64,000 nt of DNA from an uncultured Gammaproteobacteria bacterium. GTDB taxonomy: Bacteria > Patescibacteriota > Microgenomatia > Levybacterales > GWA1-39-11. The stretch covers positions 143,112 through 207,111 of the forward strand of contig CAZXND010000002.1 of the NCBI GenBank assembly GCA_964641355.1, read 5' to 3'. The notes beneath the pieces were generated by a model, which saw only the letters and a program-made list of their open reading frames with translations, did not search any database and was not told where the DNA came from. This document shows, piece by piece, positions 19,928 to 30,297 of this stretch (position 1 is the first letter of the stretch; each line of letters opens with the position of its first letter). The translations under genes and the position numbers were made by a program.

Positions 19928-19942
19928 TATAATTGAATTATA
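19928..19942. promoter_or_regulatory. Palindromic pair of -10 boxes (TATAATTGAATTATA) between divergent GT-C genes
   Basis: TATAAT on + at 19928-19933 and on - at 19942-19937, inside a 42-nt intergenic gap. Confidence 0.45.
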
Positions 19943-19953
19943 GTTAAATCCTC

Positions 19954-21747
19954 GTGAAAATTAAATACACCTCTCTCAAAAAAATAAAGATCTCGACAAG
20001 GTCAGTATTTTTATTTTTAGGAGTCCTCTTTTTAGCCATGCTGTTCAGAGTCACCTTCACAAATCTTATTGAATTTAAGGGAGACGAGGCACTACTCTTA
20101 CTCCTCTCAACAAGACCTATGTATTCAAACTTCTTTGCACAAACAGGAACTGTTTCAAGCGTTGCTATAGCCAACCCACCACTTATTAATTACCTTCTTT
20201 TCCCTTTCGTCACATTTTCCCGAAATCCAGATACAGTTTCATTTTTTATAGGAGTTATAAATTCTCTTGCAATTGTTCTTTTCTTTTTTACTATCAAAAA
20301 ATACCATAAAGAAAGAACAGCCGTATTTTCTACCATACTTCTTTGTCTTTCTCCATGGGCAATCATATATTCTAGAAAAATATGGAATCCTGATTTTATT
20401 CTACCGCTATTCGTGATATTATTTTTTAGCGTTCATAAAATCGTTAAAGAAAAAAGAAACGATTATTGGATAGTATATATAGTTTTTTCTCTTTTTCTCG
20501 TTCAGATTCACCTTATAAACTTAATCTTTATATTCTTCCTCACCCTCTTAATATTAAAAGACAATAGACCTAAAGCAAGAAATATTATTCTAGGATTATT
20601 TGTAGGACTACTCCCGATAATTCCTTATATTATTTTTGAAATTAATAACAATTGCCCAGATTGTAAATCATTTATTGAGTCTAGAGCTAGACTTACAACT
20701 AATTTTAGTCCTCAACTTTTACTTAAACCTTTTCAGATTACTGGAATTAGTGGCTTTGATTTTTTGATCGGAAATAAATTCACAAATTTAACAAAAATTA
20801 ATCTTATTTCAAAAATCTTATTGCTTTTCTATCCGTTGCTAATTTCTGGAGTATTCCTATTCTATAAAGAAAATAAAAAATATAGAGTATTCGTATATGC
20901 AACTTTTCTAACTCCCATATTCTATTTTTTATTAAGAATAGAGAATTTAATGCATTATTTTATTATTCTTCTTCCTATAATCTATCTAATAGTCGGTTAT
21001 TTATTCTCATTTTTAACTACTCATAAAATCAAATATGTTAGATCTCTGGGTTATTCGCTATTTTTTGTAGTCATAATTTGTTACACGGCTCTTAATATAC
21101 AGTTATTCGTTTATTTATCCCGTAATACAAATATAGAAGGTGACTACGGATCAATATTCTCTTACACCAAAGCTCAAAACCTTAAGATACTGTCAAAATA
21201 CAGAAAGGATATACACTTTGAAGAAATGTTTTTGTTTTCATACGTTCCCCGTTTTATTTTTCAAGGAGATTATCCCATGGCCAAGGTTTTTTATGATAGA
21301 GAAAAAACAAAAAATAATCTTTCAAATCTGGAAAATAGACTGATGAAAATTCCCGAAGACAACAGAATAATCACAGAATTAATTTCTTACTATTCACCAA
21401 ATATCCCAACTATAGATAAAATTATTTTCTTAAGGGGTAGGTCTAAATTTATTCCAGGATATTATCAAATTTACAATGAACTCTACTATGGTAGTTATCT
21501 TCTCAGGGGTCATAAAAAGGAACTTAGAAGTAAAAATCTAGGAATTTCTTTTGCTTACCCCGAACATTGGAATGTCAAAGAAGATGAAAAATATATATCA
21601 GTTTACGGGGATGATAATTATCTTAAAATATCAACAACTCCTGTTAGCACAAAGTCTAAGAAAATAAATGGCCAAGATATTTATTTTACATATAAGAAAG
21701 GTACCAAGGTAATTTCGGAAATTATTAAATCATTAAAAGAATACTAA
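19954..21747 (+). CDS. GT-C membrane glycosyltransferase (ArnT-like) with a C-terminal PsbP-like domain; opposite strand to the cluster
   Basis: FKGDEA, NPPL, LSPWAIIYSRKIWNP, HYF; C-terminal SKNLGISFAYPEHWNV...SEIIKSLK; GTG start. Confidence 0.7.
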   Translation: MKIKYTSLKKIKISTRSVFLFLGVLFLAMLFRVTFTNLIEFKGDEALLLLLSTRPMYSNFFAQTGTVSSVAIANPPLINYLLFPFVTFSRNPDTVSFFIGVINSLAIVLFFFTIKKYHKERTAVFSTILLCLSPWAIIYSRKIWNPDFILPLFVILFFSVHKIVKEKRNDYWIVYIVFSLFLVQIHLINLIFIFFLTLLILKDNRPKARNIILGLFVGLLPIIPYIIFEINNNCPDCKSFIESRARLTTNFSPQLLLKPFQITGISGFDFLIGNKFTNLTKINLISKILLLFYPLLISGVFLFYKENKKYRVFVYATFLTPIFYFLLRIENLMHYFIILLPIIYLIVGYLFSFLTTHKIKYVRSLGYSLFFVVIICYTALNIQLFVYLSRNTNIEGDYGSIFSYTKAQNLKILSKYRKDIHFEEMFLFSYVPRFIFQGDYPMAKVFYDREKTKNNLSNLENRLMKIPEDNRIITELISYYSPNIPTIDKIIFLRGRSKFIPGYYQIYNELYYGSYLLRGHKKELRSKNLGISFAYPEHWNVKEDEKYISVYGDDNYLKISTTPVSTKSKKINGQDIYFTYKKGTKVISEIIKSLKEY

Positions 21748-23372
21748 TAAGTTTCCGTTGCAATAAAAGCGCTTTTAATATATCTACCATTTATTGTTTT
21801 AATAATTTTAAGCTTAGAACCCTTGATTCTGTGACTTTCCAAGTCATCTTTTGTGAGAACAAATAAAGTTTTTCCGTACAAAAGTGTTTCCAGATCTGCT
21901 AATCCTAAATTGACTCCATCACTTTTGTCCCAAGAAGCGATACCAAATCTTATATTTTCTACTTTTAAAACACTTCCATCTTTCTGATATTTTATTGGGT
22001 CATATTTTGAATAAAACAAGTAATGAATATATGGTCTCCAATTAGCACCAGTAATATAAATAACATCATATCTCTTTTTAATCGAATTAACATAATCCAC
22101 GAGTTGCATATTACCATCTCCCCAATCTTGTGCCACAAATTTCGGATTGTAGTTAAAATATAAACTATAAAACCTCATATTAAAAAAAATAACTACAACT
22201 ATAATCATAGCGATAGTTAAAGGTTTTTTAATCTGCTTATAAGTTAAAAAAATAGATAGTCCAAGAGTTGAGTAAAATATGAGGGCTGGAACGTTAGCAA
22301 GAGTTCTTAAAGCATTTGGTTGACCAGTAGTTAGTCCTGCTGCCAAAGGAGCAATCAAAAACCAACCAAGCATAAACCATTTATTTTTACTCTTCAAAGA
22401 AAAAGATTTTATAAATCCAAATATAAAAAAAGGTAACTCCCAAATATACGCTAATCCAATGGGTCCAGTTCCATTTGTAAACAAGAAATCTGGAGCAAAA
22501 TTCTTTAAGTAATTTTCAGAAAATTCCTGAAAAAATGCAATCCTTCTATTGTATATAGCTTTAGCAATGTAGGTATTTTTTTCATTAACAATTTCTTGCG
22601 AATAAGGATTAGTTAAGGATTTATCGTTAAAAATACTTACTTGACTCACTCTAGATAAACCCTCTCTCGTTCCCGTATACAGGATAGGGGATGTTATTAT
22701 AATTCCTAAAATTAAACTTGAAATTATTTGTCTTTTATGTTTTAAAACTAAATCTTTATTTATAAAGAAATAAAGCACAGTCAACAAAGGAACTAAAATC
22801 CTAGCTGTATAATAAAAATAAACTGATATAGATAAAAAGAGGACAGATAAGACGTATAAGTGTCTCCTTTTTTGTGCATAGAATAATAAAGCAAAACCTA
22901 AAACTATAAAAAATAGGCTTCCATTTGCTTCAAAAGCCCCCCTCGAAAAATTAATATGCCAGGGAGAAATTGAAAGAATTAGAGCCCCAATTAAAGAGAA
23001 TAATTCAGTATTATCAATAGAATTTTTAACAACGGCCTTAAGTAAAAAATAAAAGCTTACTATAGTCAGAGACCCTAAAAATGCTGAAGTAAATCTCACC
23101 GCAAAGGGAGTGAGTCCAAAAAAATACTCACTTACAGATGTGGAATATATATATCCAGGAAGCTTATAATCTTCGAACGACCTAAACAAGATAGGAAGTT
23201 TTCTGCCGTATTCATCTCTTCCAGTTTGAAGAATAGAATAGGCATTATATCCTATGGCTACCTCATCATGCGACAAAGAAACAGGAGTATGTTCAAGCTT
23301 GTGAAATCTGAAAAAAAATGCAATTAATAATATTAACGATAGCAAAAGAGAATGCTTGAAACTCCTACTCAT
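21744..23372 (-). CDS. GT-C membrane glycosyltransferase, PMT/ArnT-like
   Basis: HDEVAIGYNAYSILQTGRDEYG, DYKLPGY, ISPWHINFSRGAFE, PNALR. Confidence 0.82.
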   Translation of the reverse strand: MSRSFKHSLLLSLILLIAFFFRFHKLEHTPVSLSHDEVAIGYNAYSILQTGRDEYGRKLPILFRSFEDYKLPGYIYSTSVSEYFFGLTPFAVRFTSAFLGSLTIVSFYFLLKAVVKNSIDNTELFSLIGALILSISPWHINFSRGAFEANGSLFFIVLGFALLFYAQKRRHLYVLSVLFLSISVYFYYTARILVPLLTVLYFFINKDLVLKHKRQIISSLILGIIITSPILYTGTREGLSRVSQVSIFNDKSLTNPYSQEIVNEKNTYIAKAIYNRRIAFFQEFSENYLKNFAPDFLFTNGTGPIGLAYIWELPFFIFGFIKSFSLKSKNKWFMLGWFLIAPLAAGLTTGQPNALRTLANVPALIFYSTLGLSIFLTYKQIKKPLTIAMIIVVVIFFNMRFYSLYFNYNPKFVAQDWGDGNMQLVDYVNSIKKRYDVIYITGANWRPYIHYLFYSKYDPIKYQKDGSVLKVENIRFGIASWDKSDGVNLGLADLETLLYGKTLFVLTKDDLESHRIKGSKLKIIKTINGRYIKSAFIATETY

Positions 23373-25086
23373 TTACTTCAATTTTTTCAAGATACCCTTT
23401 TTCAACTAGTTTCTTTGCTACTTCTTCCACAACGTCTTTACGAATGTATGTTTTTGCATCTAAATCTAGCTTATTCTCAACGCTGATAGGTAATCTAGAG
23501 TGATATGTGAAACTTCCATTTCTATAATTTAATAAATTTGTGTAATGTTTGTCGAGATAAGATTGAAAAAATGACGTATAACTTTCAACCTTCGTGCCAA
23601 GAATAAAGAAATTTTTGTCAAAAACTACAATTTTAGGCTTAGTCTTTTGTAGATCACTAATCAACTTGTCTTGAAGTCGTTTTGATTTTCCTATACCAGG
23701 GATCAATATCTGAATACCAGAGGCTGGTCTTGCGTTAGTATAAAAAAGTTCTTCAAATTCAAAGGGACCAATCCAAACATAATCTTGTGAACTCAGAGCT
23801 GTATTAACTACTGGGGCAATACTTGGTCGATCATAAATCAAAGGTGCTTTACCCATATATTTTGCAAAATATTTATCAGAAAAGCTTTTAACAAGAAAAA
23901 TTAAACTCATCACCATGTACGCAAAAGATATTAAGAAAAGAGTTGAGAAAATCAACCTCTTACCATTTTTTCTTGTTAAATTTATCGATCGATATATTTC
24001 ATTCAAAGCAAAAAAGGAATTAAAGAAAGAAAGCAGTATATACACTGCTGATTGATAATCTGTTTCTTTTGAATTAAGCGGGTTACTTCTTGCATTTGCA
24101 TAAACCAAAGTCAAAAAAATAAAAAATACTAAGGAATATTTCCTTCTAAAAAGCAGGTATAACACTAAAGAAAAGTTTAAAGTTGCCATAGTTGTGTTAA
24201 GAGGAAAATCAAATGAAAAGTTTCTTATACCGAGTGCTAAAATATAGAAACTCCCCATAAAATTATTCAGAATAACGATTGCGTATCTAACCGGATTGAT
24301 AAAAGTAGAATCAGATGAACGTGGGTAATTATAAATATAGTATTTCGCATTAAAAACTATATTTTGATATAAATAATCTCCAATACTACCCGTTAGCGTA
24401 AGATACAGAGCAAAAATCACATGAGGCAGTAAAATATAAAAAATAGGTTTAAGGTTGCTTTTTTTAAAGTTTAGATCTTTTACTTTCGAATAAAAGAGAA
24501 ACATAGTGTAGAAAATGGTTATTAGATATAAATAAAGGTAGGTCAAGGAAGAATAAACTCCTAAAGCAGATAATATTGAGATAAAAAGAATATCAGAATT
24601 TGTTAAATTTTTAGAAGAAAATGCTTTTAGAATTATCAATCCGTAAACTGCCAAGAAACAAAATGCTGCAATATTGTCTGCAAGAAGCATATGCGACCAA
24701 TAGTAAGTGGACGCAAGACCGATGAATCCGATCAACCAAGGATAGAAAGATATGTTTTTAGAGTAACTTTTTCGAATATAAAAGTAGGGGACTACGAGCA
24801 TCAGTAGTACAATTAGCGAGTAAAATAATCTAAAGACTACAAAAGATTGACCACTAAACAATTCAACTAAAGCAGCAATTAAATAAGGAACAGGGCCATG
24901 ATGAGTAAAATAACCACTATAAAGAAAATGACCATGCAAGGTAAACCATCCTCCAAGAATATTGTCGAATTCGTCAGGATAAGTTTCATGAAAGGCGTTT
25001 GAAACAAACAATATAATTAGTATAATTCCTGACAAAAATTGCCAAGACCACAATGATTTGATAGTTTTTAAGAAATAACTTCTCAT
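23365..25086 (-). CDS. GT-C-like membrane glycosyltransferase (divergent ArnT-like)
   Basis: YPDEFDN after TM1, LYSGYFTHHGP, multi-TM, C-terminal soluble domain (KPKIVV). Confidence 0.62.
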   Translation of the reverse strand: MRSYFLKTIKSLWSWQFLSGIILIILFVSNAFHETYPDEFDNILGGWFTLHGHFLYSGYFTHHGPVPYLIAALVELFSGQSFVVFRLFYSLIVLLMLVVPYFYIRKSYSKNISFYPWLIGFIGLASTYYWSHMLLADNIAAFCFLAVYGLIILKAFSSKNLTNSDILFISILSALGVYSSLTYLYLYLITIFYTMFLFYSKVKDLNFKKSNLKPIFYILLPHVIFALYLTLTGSIGDYLYQNIVFNAKYYIYNYPRSSDSTFINPVRYAIVILNNFMGSFYILALGIRNFSFDFPLNTTMATLNFSLVLYLLFRRKYSLVFFIFLTLVYANARSNPLNSKETDYQSAVYILLSFFNSFFALNEIYRSINLTRKNGKRLIFSTLFLISFAYMVMSLIFLVKSFSDKYFAKYMGKAPLIYDRPSIAPVVNTALSSQDYVWIGPFEFEELFYTNARPASGIQILIPGIGKSKRLQDKLISDLQKTKPKIVVFDKNFFILGTKVESYTSFFQSYLDKHYTNLLNYRNGSFTYHSRLPISVENKLDLDAKTYIRKDVVEEVAKKLVEKGYLEKIEVNE

Positions 25087-25095
25087 CTATAAAGA

Positions 25096-26769
25096 TTACA
25101 ACGATAGTATATCAAATACAGGTGAATTATCCTTCCTATTAATTTTTTTTAAAGTGTTAAATCTCTTATCATTTTCTCGACAAAGACCACTATTAACATA
25201 AAGCACTCCTTGCTTACCTGAACTTACTGTATCATTACTTTTTAAAGGACACTCTTCTTGACTAAATTCAAACTTTCCGAAGTTTTCCCTATCATAATCC
25301 TTTATACTTTTCCTCTTTGTTTCTTCTAAATACTTTAACGGATCGTATCTATTGTAGAAAAGAAAAAAAATTGCAGGAGCCGACTCGCGATTTGTAATAA
25401 TAGATTTTTTATAAACAGGAAGAAGTCTCGAAACATTAGCAACAAGCTCTTTATAACCTTGGTGTCTATACCATGGCCTATATATTGGCCCGTGTACATA
25501 GTACTCATGTAAGTAGAAAAGAAATTGATATGTAAAAATAATAAATATCCCAACAATTATAAATTTGTAATAATCTTTATGTCTTATTAAGGAAATAAAT
25601 TTTAATAACCCCACTGACATAATCATCGATAATGCAGGAAAAATAAAAAGAGTTCTTTGTAAATTTGGCACATCGTCTTGACTAAGAGAACTGCCAATAG
25701 GAGATAACAAAACCCAAAAGATAATAAAAACCCTAGACCAAGAAAATTTTTTAAATAAAGTAAATGTACCCAAAATAACTAAAATAAAATCAGTTATATA
25801 CAAGAGTCCCGTAAGTGGCACTCTGTATCTGTCCGGATAACCTTTATCAGAAAAAAGGAATCTATATGAAAAATGATCAGAATAATTTTCTAAAAACTTA
25901 AAAGATAGTCCAATAAGCTTATTGTGGAAAACTCTAGTATTAAAATTATCTATATTTTCAACTCCATCTTCTCTTATCTTTTCTTCTAAAATCAACCCCA
26001 CTTCATCGTTATTTGTAATACTTAAACTTCTTGCTCTGATAGATAAAGTTGGAGATAACAAAGAAATTACAACGGGAGCTATGATCGCAAATAAGTATAT
26101 AAGCTTTATTGTATTGTTCTTAAAATTATATTTCCCGTCAAAAGTTAAAAACATAACAGGAATTAGTAAAGGTAGAAAAGCGTAAGGAGCAATATAAAAG
26201 GACAAACTGGCTTCAATAGATAGAAGTGAAAGAATTATAAATATTATTTTTTTTCTATCTAACCATTCAAAAAAAAGATAAACACCAAAAGAAATAAAGA
26301 AAACAACTGGAGTAATAGAGCTAGCTGTTCTGGCAAGATTTATACTCCAAGGTGAAACTGAAATAAAAATTGCAGTGAGCAATCCAAAAATATAAGAGTT
26401 AAATCCAAAAAGCTCTTTGAACTTACCGTGTTTATAAATTTTAACTGCCAATAAATAACTACTAATGATCGTCAATGATCCAAAAAGAGCAGAGGCAAAT
26501 CTTACAGAATATTCACTTAAACCAAATAAGTAAATAAAGGGGACAGATAGATATGAGTAACCCGCAGGAGTATATAAGAAAGATCTTAAGTGAAGAGGGA
26601 AAAATGCTCCAGTCATATCCCTACCTGTTTTGAGCAAAGAATAAGAGTTATAACCAAAAAAAGCTTCATCCCTATGGAAACCGTTTGGATAACTATCTAA
26701 TTTATAGAATCTTAAAAATAAAGCTAAAATAAAAATAACAAATAGTACCCAATAATATTTTTTAATCAT
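25096..26769 (-). CDS. GT-C membrane glycosyltransferase, PMT/ArnT-like
   Basis: RDEAFFGYNSYSLLKTGRD, VRFASA, VSPWSINLAR, PNLQR; ATG at 26769 (MIKKYY) preferred over the track start at 26814. Confidence 0.8.
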   Translation of the reverse strand: MIKKYYWVLFVIFILALFLRFYKLDSYPNGFHRDEAFFGYNSYSLLKTGRDMTGAFFPLHLRSFLYTPAGYSYLSVPFIYLFGLSEYSVRFASALFGSLTIISSYLLAVKIYKHGKFKELFGFNSYIFGLLTAIFISVSPWSINLARTASSITPVVFFISFGVYLFFEWLDRKKIIFIILSLLSIEASLSFYIAPYAFLPLLIPVMFLTFDGKYNFKNNTIKLIYLFAIIAPVVISLLSPTLSIRARSLSITNNDEVGLILEEKIREDGVENIDNFNTRVFHNKLIGLSFKFLENYSDHFSYRFLFSDKGYPDRYRVPLTGLLYITDFILVILGTFTLFKKFSWSRVFIIFWVLLSPIGSSLSQDDVPNLQRTLFIFPALSMIMSVGLLKFISLIRHKDYYKFIIVGIFIIFTYQFLFYLHEYYVHGPIYRPWYRHQGYKELVANVSRLLPVYKKSIITNRESAPAIFFLFYNRYDPLKYLEETKRKSIKDYDRENFGKFEFSQEECPLKSNDTVSSGKQGVLYVNSGLCRENDKRFNTLKKINRKDNSPVFDILSL

Positions 26770-26792
26770 TTTATAAAACCTAAGAAAGTATA

Positions 26793-27398
26793 CTATTTTC
26801 TTGCAATAACCCAAATATTGAATCCTAATTCAAAATACCCATATTCTATTCTTCTCTTTTCTAATCCTGCATTTTTTAGAAAATTAATTATTTTTTTTGG
26901 ATTCGAAAGAGGTTTATGGTCCTCTATTTCGACTTTGCTTATTAAGCCTATTTTGGAAAATAACCATAGTATAGGAACAGACCAGGGGGCAGGAGTAGTA
27001 ATAATAAGAACACCATCCTTTTTCAGTACTCTTTTAATTTCTGACAACACATTTTTTAATTTCATTGGATGAATGTGCTCAAAGACTGCGAGCATAGTCA
27101 CTACATCAAAATAATTATTTCTGTATGGAAGAGAGTTTTTTTCTATATCGATTTTTTTTAGCTTTATTCCTTTGATTTTAAAGCCTACTTCGTTGATATA
27201 ACCATCTACTCCGTGTTTTTCGACAAAACCGCAGGAAGCAAGGAAATAAGGAAATGATCCACAACCTATATCAAGCACCCTATCACCTCTTTTTTTAACC
27301 TTTGATTGAAGCAATAAATTCGCAGTTGAAGCTCTTTTCTTAGCAAGAAATATCTCTAAAAAACCGAAACCCCGAGTAGCGCTATGTTTTTGATGCAT
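26793..27398 (-). CDS. Class I SAM-dependent methyltransferase
   Basis: VLDIGCG, LPY..NYFDVV, VFEHI, RVLKKDG.LIITTP. Confidence 0.88.
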   Translation of the reverse strand: MHQKHSATRGFGFLEIFLAKKRASTANLLLQSKVKKRGDRVLDIGCGSFPYFLASCGFVEKHGVDGYINEVGFKIKGIKLKKIDIEKNSLPYRNNYFDVVTMLAVFEHIHPMKLKNVLSEIKRVLKKDGVLIITTPAPWSVPILWLFSKIGLISKVEIEDHKPLSNPKKIINFLKNAGLEKRRIEYGYFELGFNIWVIARK

Positions 27399-27418
27399 AA
27401 AGTAACGGGCAGATAAAG

Positions 27419-28645
27419 TTATCCATTTTTTTCATCCGGCCAAAAATACGCCGTGACAAAAATCATAGATAAATATCCCATGTGACTATTATTGAAATAT
27501 CGCGAAAGATACCAATAAACAAAAAGAAATATACCATAAACTATAATTAACCTTTGAGTTGTATTATGCTTTATTTGATAGCGAATCAATATAAAAACGA
27601 GAGGGATGCATATTATAAGTTGCAACAAAATAAATGGGAAATACATTTTAAGATCACGTATTAAACCGAATTCATTTAATAACATCCCTACACCATAGCC
27701 AGAAATCGGATAACTGTGTGTTCCTGAACCTGAGAGATAAAAAACAGTACTATCAAGAAAAGCATTAATATCCCAAAACATAAAAGGTAGATTAATTAAA
27801 GTAAAAATTATTAAAAATGGTAATAGAACAAATAATGTTTTTTTAATATTTCTTTTTTTAAGATAAATGTAGGTTAAATAAAATGGAAATATTGGCCAAG
27901 TAGATTGTTTTATAGCAAAGGCTAATCCCATAAAGACTCCTGACCAACTCAATCTTTTCTCTGTTAAAAGAAGTAATGAAAAGAACAAAAAAGCATACAT
28001 GAACATATCTGATCTACCTTCAAGAATATAAGGAAGCATTACGGGATTTAAAGCAAGAAGAGTAATAAATTGTCTTTTTTCTTCATTATTTTTTTTAATG
28101 CTCCAAGCCATTAAGAGTGTACTGAGAAATAATAAATAGAGTGGAACTCTAGCGTCAAAAAAACCGAAAAAGAAGTTACTACTAAAATAGAATGGGATGG
28201 CAAATAAAAGATAAAATGGCTCCATCACAAAGTGGTATAATGCAGGGTTTGTTTCTGTATCAGAATAATGCCAGGCCTCAAGTGGAGTTCCAAAGTATGT
28301 TTCTTTATATGGATTTTTACCGTGAATTACATATCGAATCGCTGCCTCCTGCTGCAAAATAATATCATGCACCCCATATATCGGCGCAGTTCTATGTCTA
28401 ACAATAACAGAAGAGATAAAACCACTTGCTATAACCAAGACAATAATCACCAATAATAAATAGCTTTTTATCCTGTCGTAATATTTTTCATTCATTTTAA
28501 ACAAATCAATGACTATATAGGAGATCAGAAGAGAGAAGATTAACGTGAACAACCAAAATGGAGTATTTTCCCAAGAAAGTCTATATTGGGTTATAAAAAA
28601 TATAACAAGTGGCAACAATAAAACAGTAGATAATTTAAGCTTCAT
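27419..28645 (-). CDS. GT-C membrane glycosyltransferase, GT87/PimE-like
   Basis: HDIILQQE, GKNPY, FDAR, EGRSD, GLAFAIKQ, LPF; multi-TM. Confidence 0.68.
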   Translation of the reverse strand: MKLKLSTVLLLPLVIFFITQYRLSWENTPFWLFTLIFSLLISYIVIDLFKMNEKYYDRIKSYLLLVIIVLVIASGFISSVIVRHRTAPIYGVHDIILQQEAAIRYVIHGKNPYKETYFGTPLEAWHYSDTETNPALYHFVMEPFYLLFAIPFYFSSNFFFGFFDARVPLYLLFLSTLLMAWSIKKNNEEKRQFITLLALNPVMLPYILEGRSDMFMYAFLFFSLLLLTEKRLSWSGVFMGLAFAIKQSTWPIFPFYLTYIYLKKRNIKKTLFVLLPFLIIFTLINLPFMFWDINAFLDSTVFYLSGSGTHSYPISGYGVGMLLNEFGLIRDLKMYFPFILLQLIICIPLVFILIRYQIKHNTTQRLIIVYGIFLFVYWYLSRYFNNSHMGYLSMIFVTAYFWPDEKNG

Positions 28646-28651
28646 TTAAAT

Positions 28652-30295
28652 TTACTTTTTAACACTCAATTCATTAATAATATAAGCTTGAGTACTATCT
28701 TCCCTTACGATATCTCCAACCTTAACAACATCCTCTGTCCCACAATTAGGAGAATCTACAATCAAAATCTTCTCTCCCTTTATTACACCCACTGAAGAAA
28801 TCTTTTTTTTAGGACAATCATCTGAAACAAAATAATATTTTCCAATATTAAAGTCATTTTTTAGCTTTCCCCTAGAAAAAGAGGGTATTTTAGTTTGTCG
28901 ATTGTAATAAAAATAGTAAATTGGAAGATCTTCATAGTTTGATATTATAATCTTTGAATACTCAGCCTCTTTTCGCTTTAATAGTGAAAAAAGTTTTTCG
29001 TTTCCATCATTCCTGGAATAAGAAATAAAAGAAGGTGAATGAACAAAATATTGGTGAAGAAAGTAGACAAGATTTAAAATTAAACCTAAAAGTAAAATCG
29101 TAATCAAAGTTTTCTTGAATGGATAACTTCTCTTAACCATATAAAATAATCCAAACCCTTCAATTATTTGAAACGCTGGAATCATGAAAATCGCCCTTTG
29201 TATATTAGGGCTATCTTCAAGCGTAAGAGAGGCGGCTACTGGAGCAGAAAAAAGCCAAATCAGAATCATAAAGGAATATTTATCTCTTCTTCGTAATAAT
29301 ACATAAAATCCTAAAAGCAGTAAGGGCGCTTCAAAATAGTAAAAAAGCCCCATATCAGGGATTACATATCGATTAGGAAGACCGCCTTTTATATAAAGAA
29401 ATTGAGTTGAGAAGTAACTTAGATATTGATCTACCACTTCTTTTGTAAAAAGCACCACCTTATTGTGGAATATTCGTGCAGTTAGAATATTTCCCTGATC
29501 AACATCTGAGAGAACTTTTGTTCTCGATATTATGTCTCTGTTGGAAAAAACTGAAGTTTGAGAAAATCTTCCTGTTCCAAACTTGGTAAAAGATAATGAG
29601 ATAGTTAAAAAAACAAAAAATACGGTTATAAAAAATAGGTTTTTATTTTTTTTGAAAACCAATTTAATCTTGTGTTTGTCATAAGACTCAAGGTTAAAAA
29701 ATAAAAACCAGAAAAGTAGCAAAGGAACAAATAATCTAGGGGTATGGTAGAAAAAATAAGAAAGAGAAAGTAATAAGATTGATATTAAGAAGTAAACTCT
29801 TTTGTTCTTTTGCAAATTCAGCAGTAAAAAATTTATACCAAGTAAAATAAGAAAGATAGCAACTATAGACTCAGAGGTGGCCCTACTTGCAACAATATGC
29901 CAAGGCGAAATAGCCAAAAGCAGAGCTGAAGATAAAGACGCAACCTTATTCTTACTTATTAAATAAGTGAGAAAGTAAACCAAAAAAATAGATAACGAAG
30001 ATATGAATGCTACAGGAAATCGTATTGCAAAGTTACCAAGACCAAATATTAACGTTGATAACCCAGTCAAATAAAAAATTCCTGCTGGCCTATAATCTCC
30101 AAACCTATTTATATATATAGGAAGATACTCTCCAAAAATGTTTTTTCCGGTAGTAATTATCTGATATCCTTGATAGCCAACATTAACCTCATCAAGCTGA
30201 ACTCCATTTGGAATCTTAGATAAATCATAGAATCTTAAAACTAAAGCAAAAATAAATATTAATACGAGAATCCAATTATTTTTAAGAAAATCCAT
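28652..30295 (-). CDS. GT-C membrane glycosyltransferase, PMT/ArnT-like
   Basis: LDEVNVGYQGY..TGK, GDYRP, ISPWHIVASRATSE, PNIQR. Confidence 0.8.
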   Translation of the reverse strand: MDFLKNNWILVLIFIFALVLRFYDLSKIPNGVQLDEVNVGYQGYQIITTGKNIFGEYLPIYINRFGDYRPAGIFYLTGLSTLIFGLGNFAIRFPVAFISSLSIFLVYFLTYLISKNKVASLSSALLLAISPWHIVASRATSESIVAIFLILLGINFLLLNLQKNKRVYFLISILLLSLSYFFYHTPRLFVPLLLFWFLFFNLESYDKHKIKLVFKKNKNLFFITVFFVFLTISLSFTKFGTGRFSQTSVFSNRDIISRTKVLSDVDQGNILTARIFHNKVVLFTKEVVDQYLSYFSTQFLYIKGGLPNRYVIPDMGLFYYFEAPLLLLGFYVLLRRRDKYSFMILIWLFSAPVAASLTLEDSPNIQRAIFMIPAFQIIEGFGLFYMVKRSYPFKKTLITILLLGLILNLVYFLHQYFVHSPSFISYSRNDGNEKLFSLLKRKEAEYSKIIISNYEDLPIYYFYYNRQTKIPSFSRGKLKNDFNIGKYYFVSDDCPKKKISSVGVIKGEKILIVDSPNCGTEDVVKVGDIVREDSTQAYIINELSVKK

Positions 30296-30297
30296 AG

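Noticed and set aside
15307-28645. One of the ~400-430-aa membrane proteins (15307 or 27419) as a Wzy polymerase or O-antigen ligase
   Set aside because: Their motifs fit ArnT-like and GT87-like enzymes better. Wzy is poorly conserved, so this cannot be fully excluded without structure prediction.
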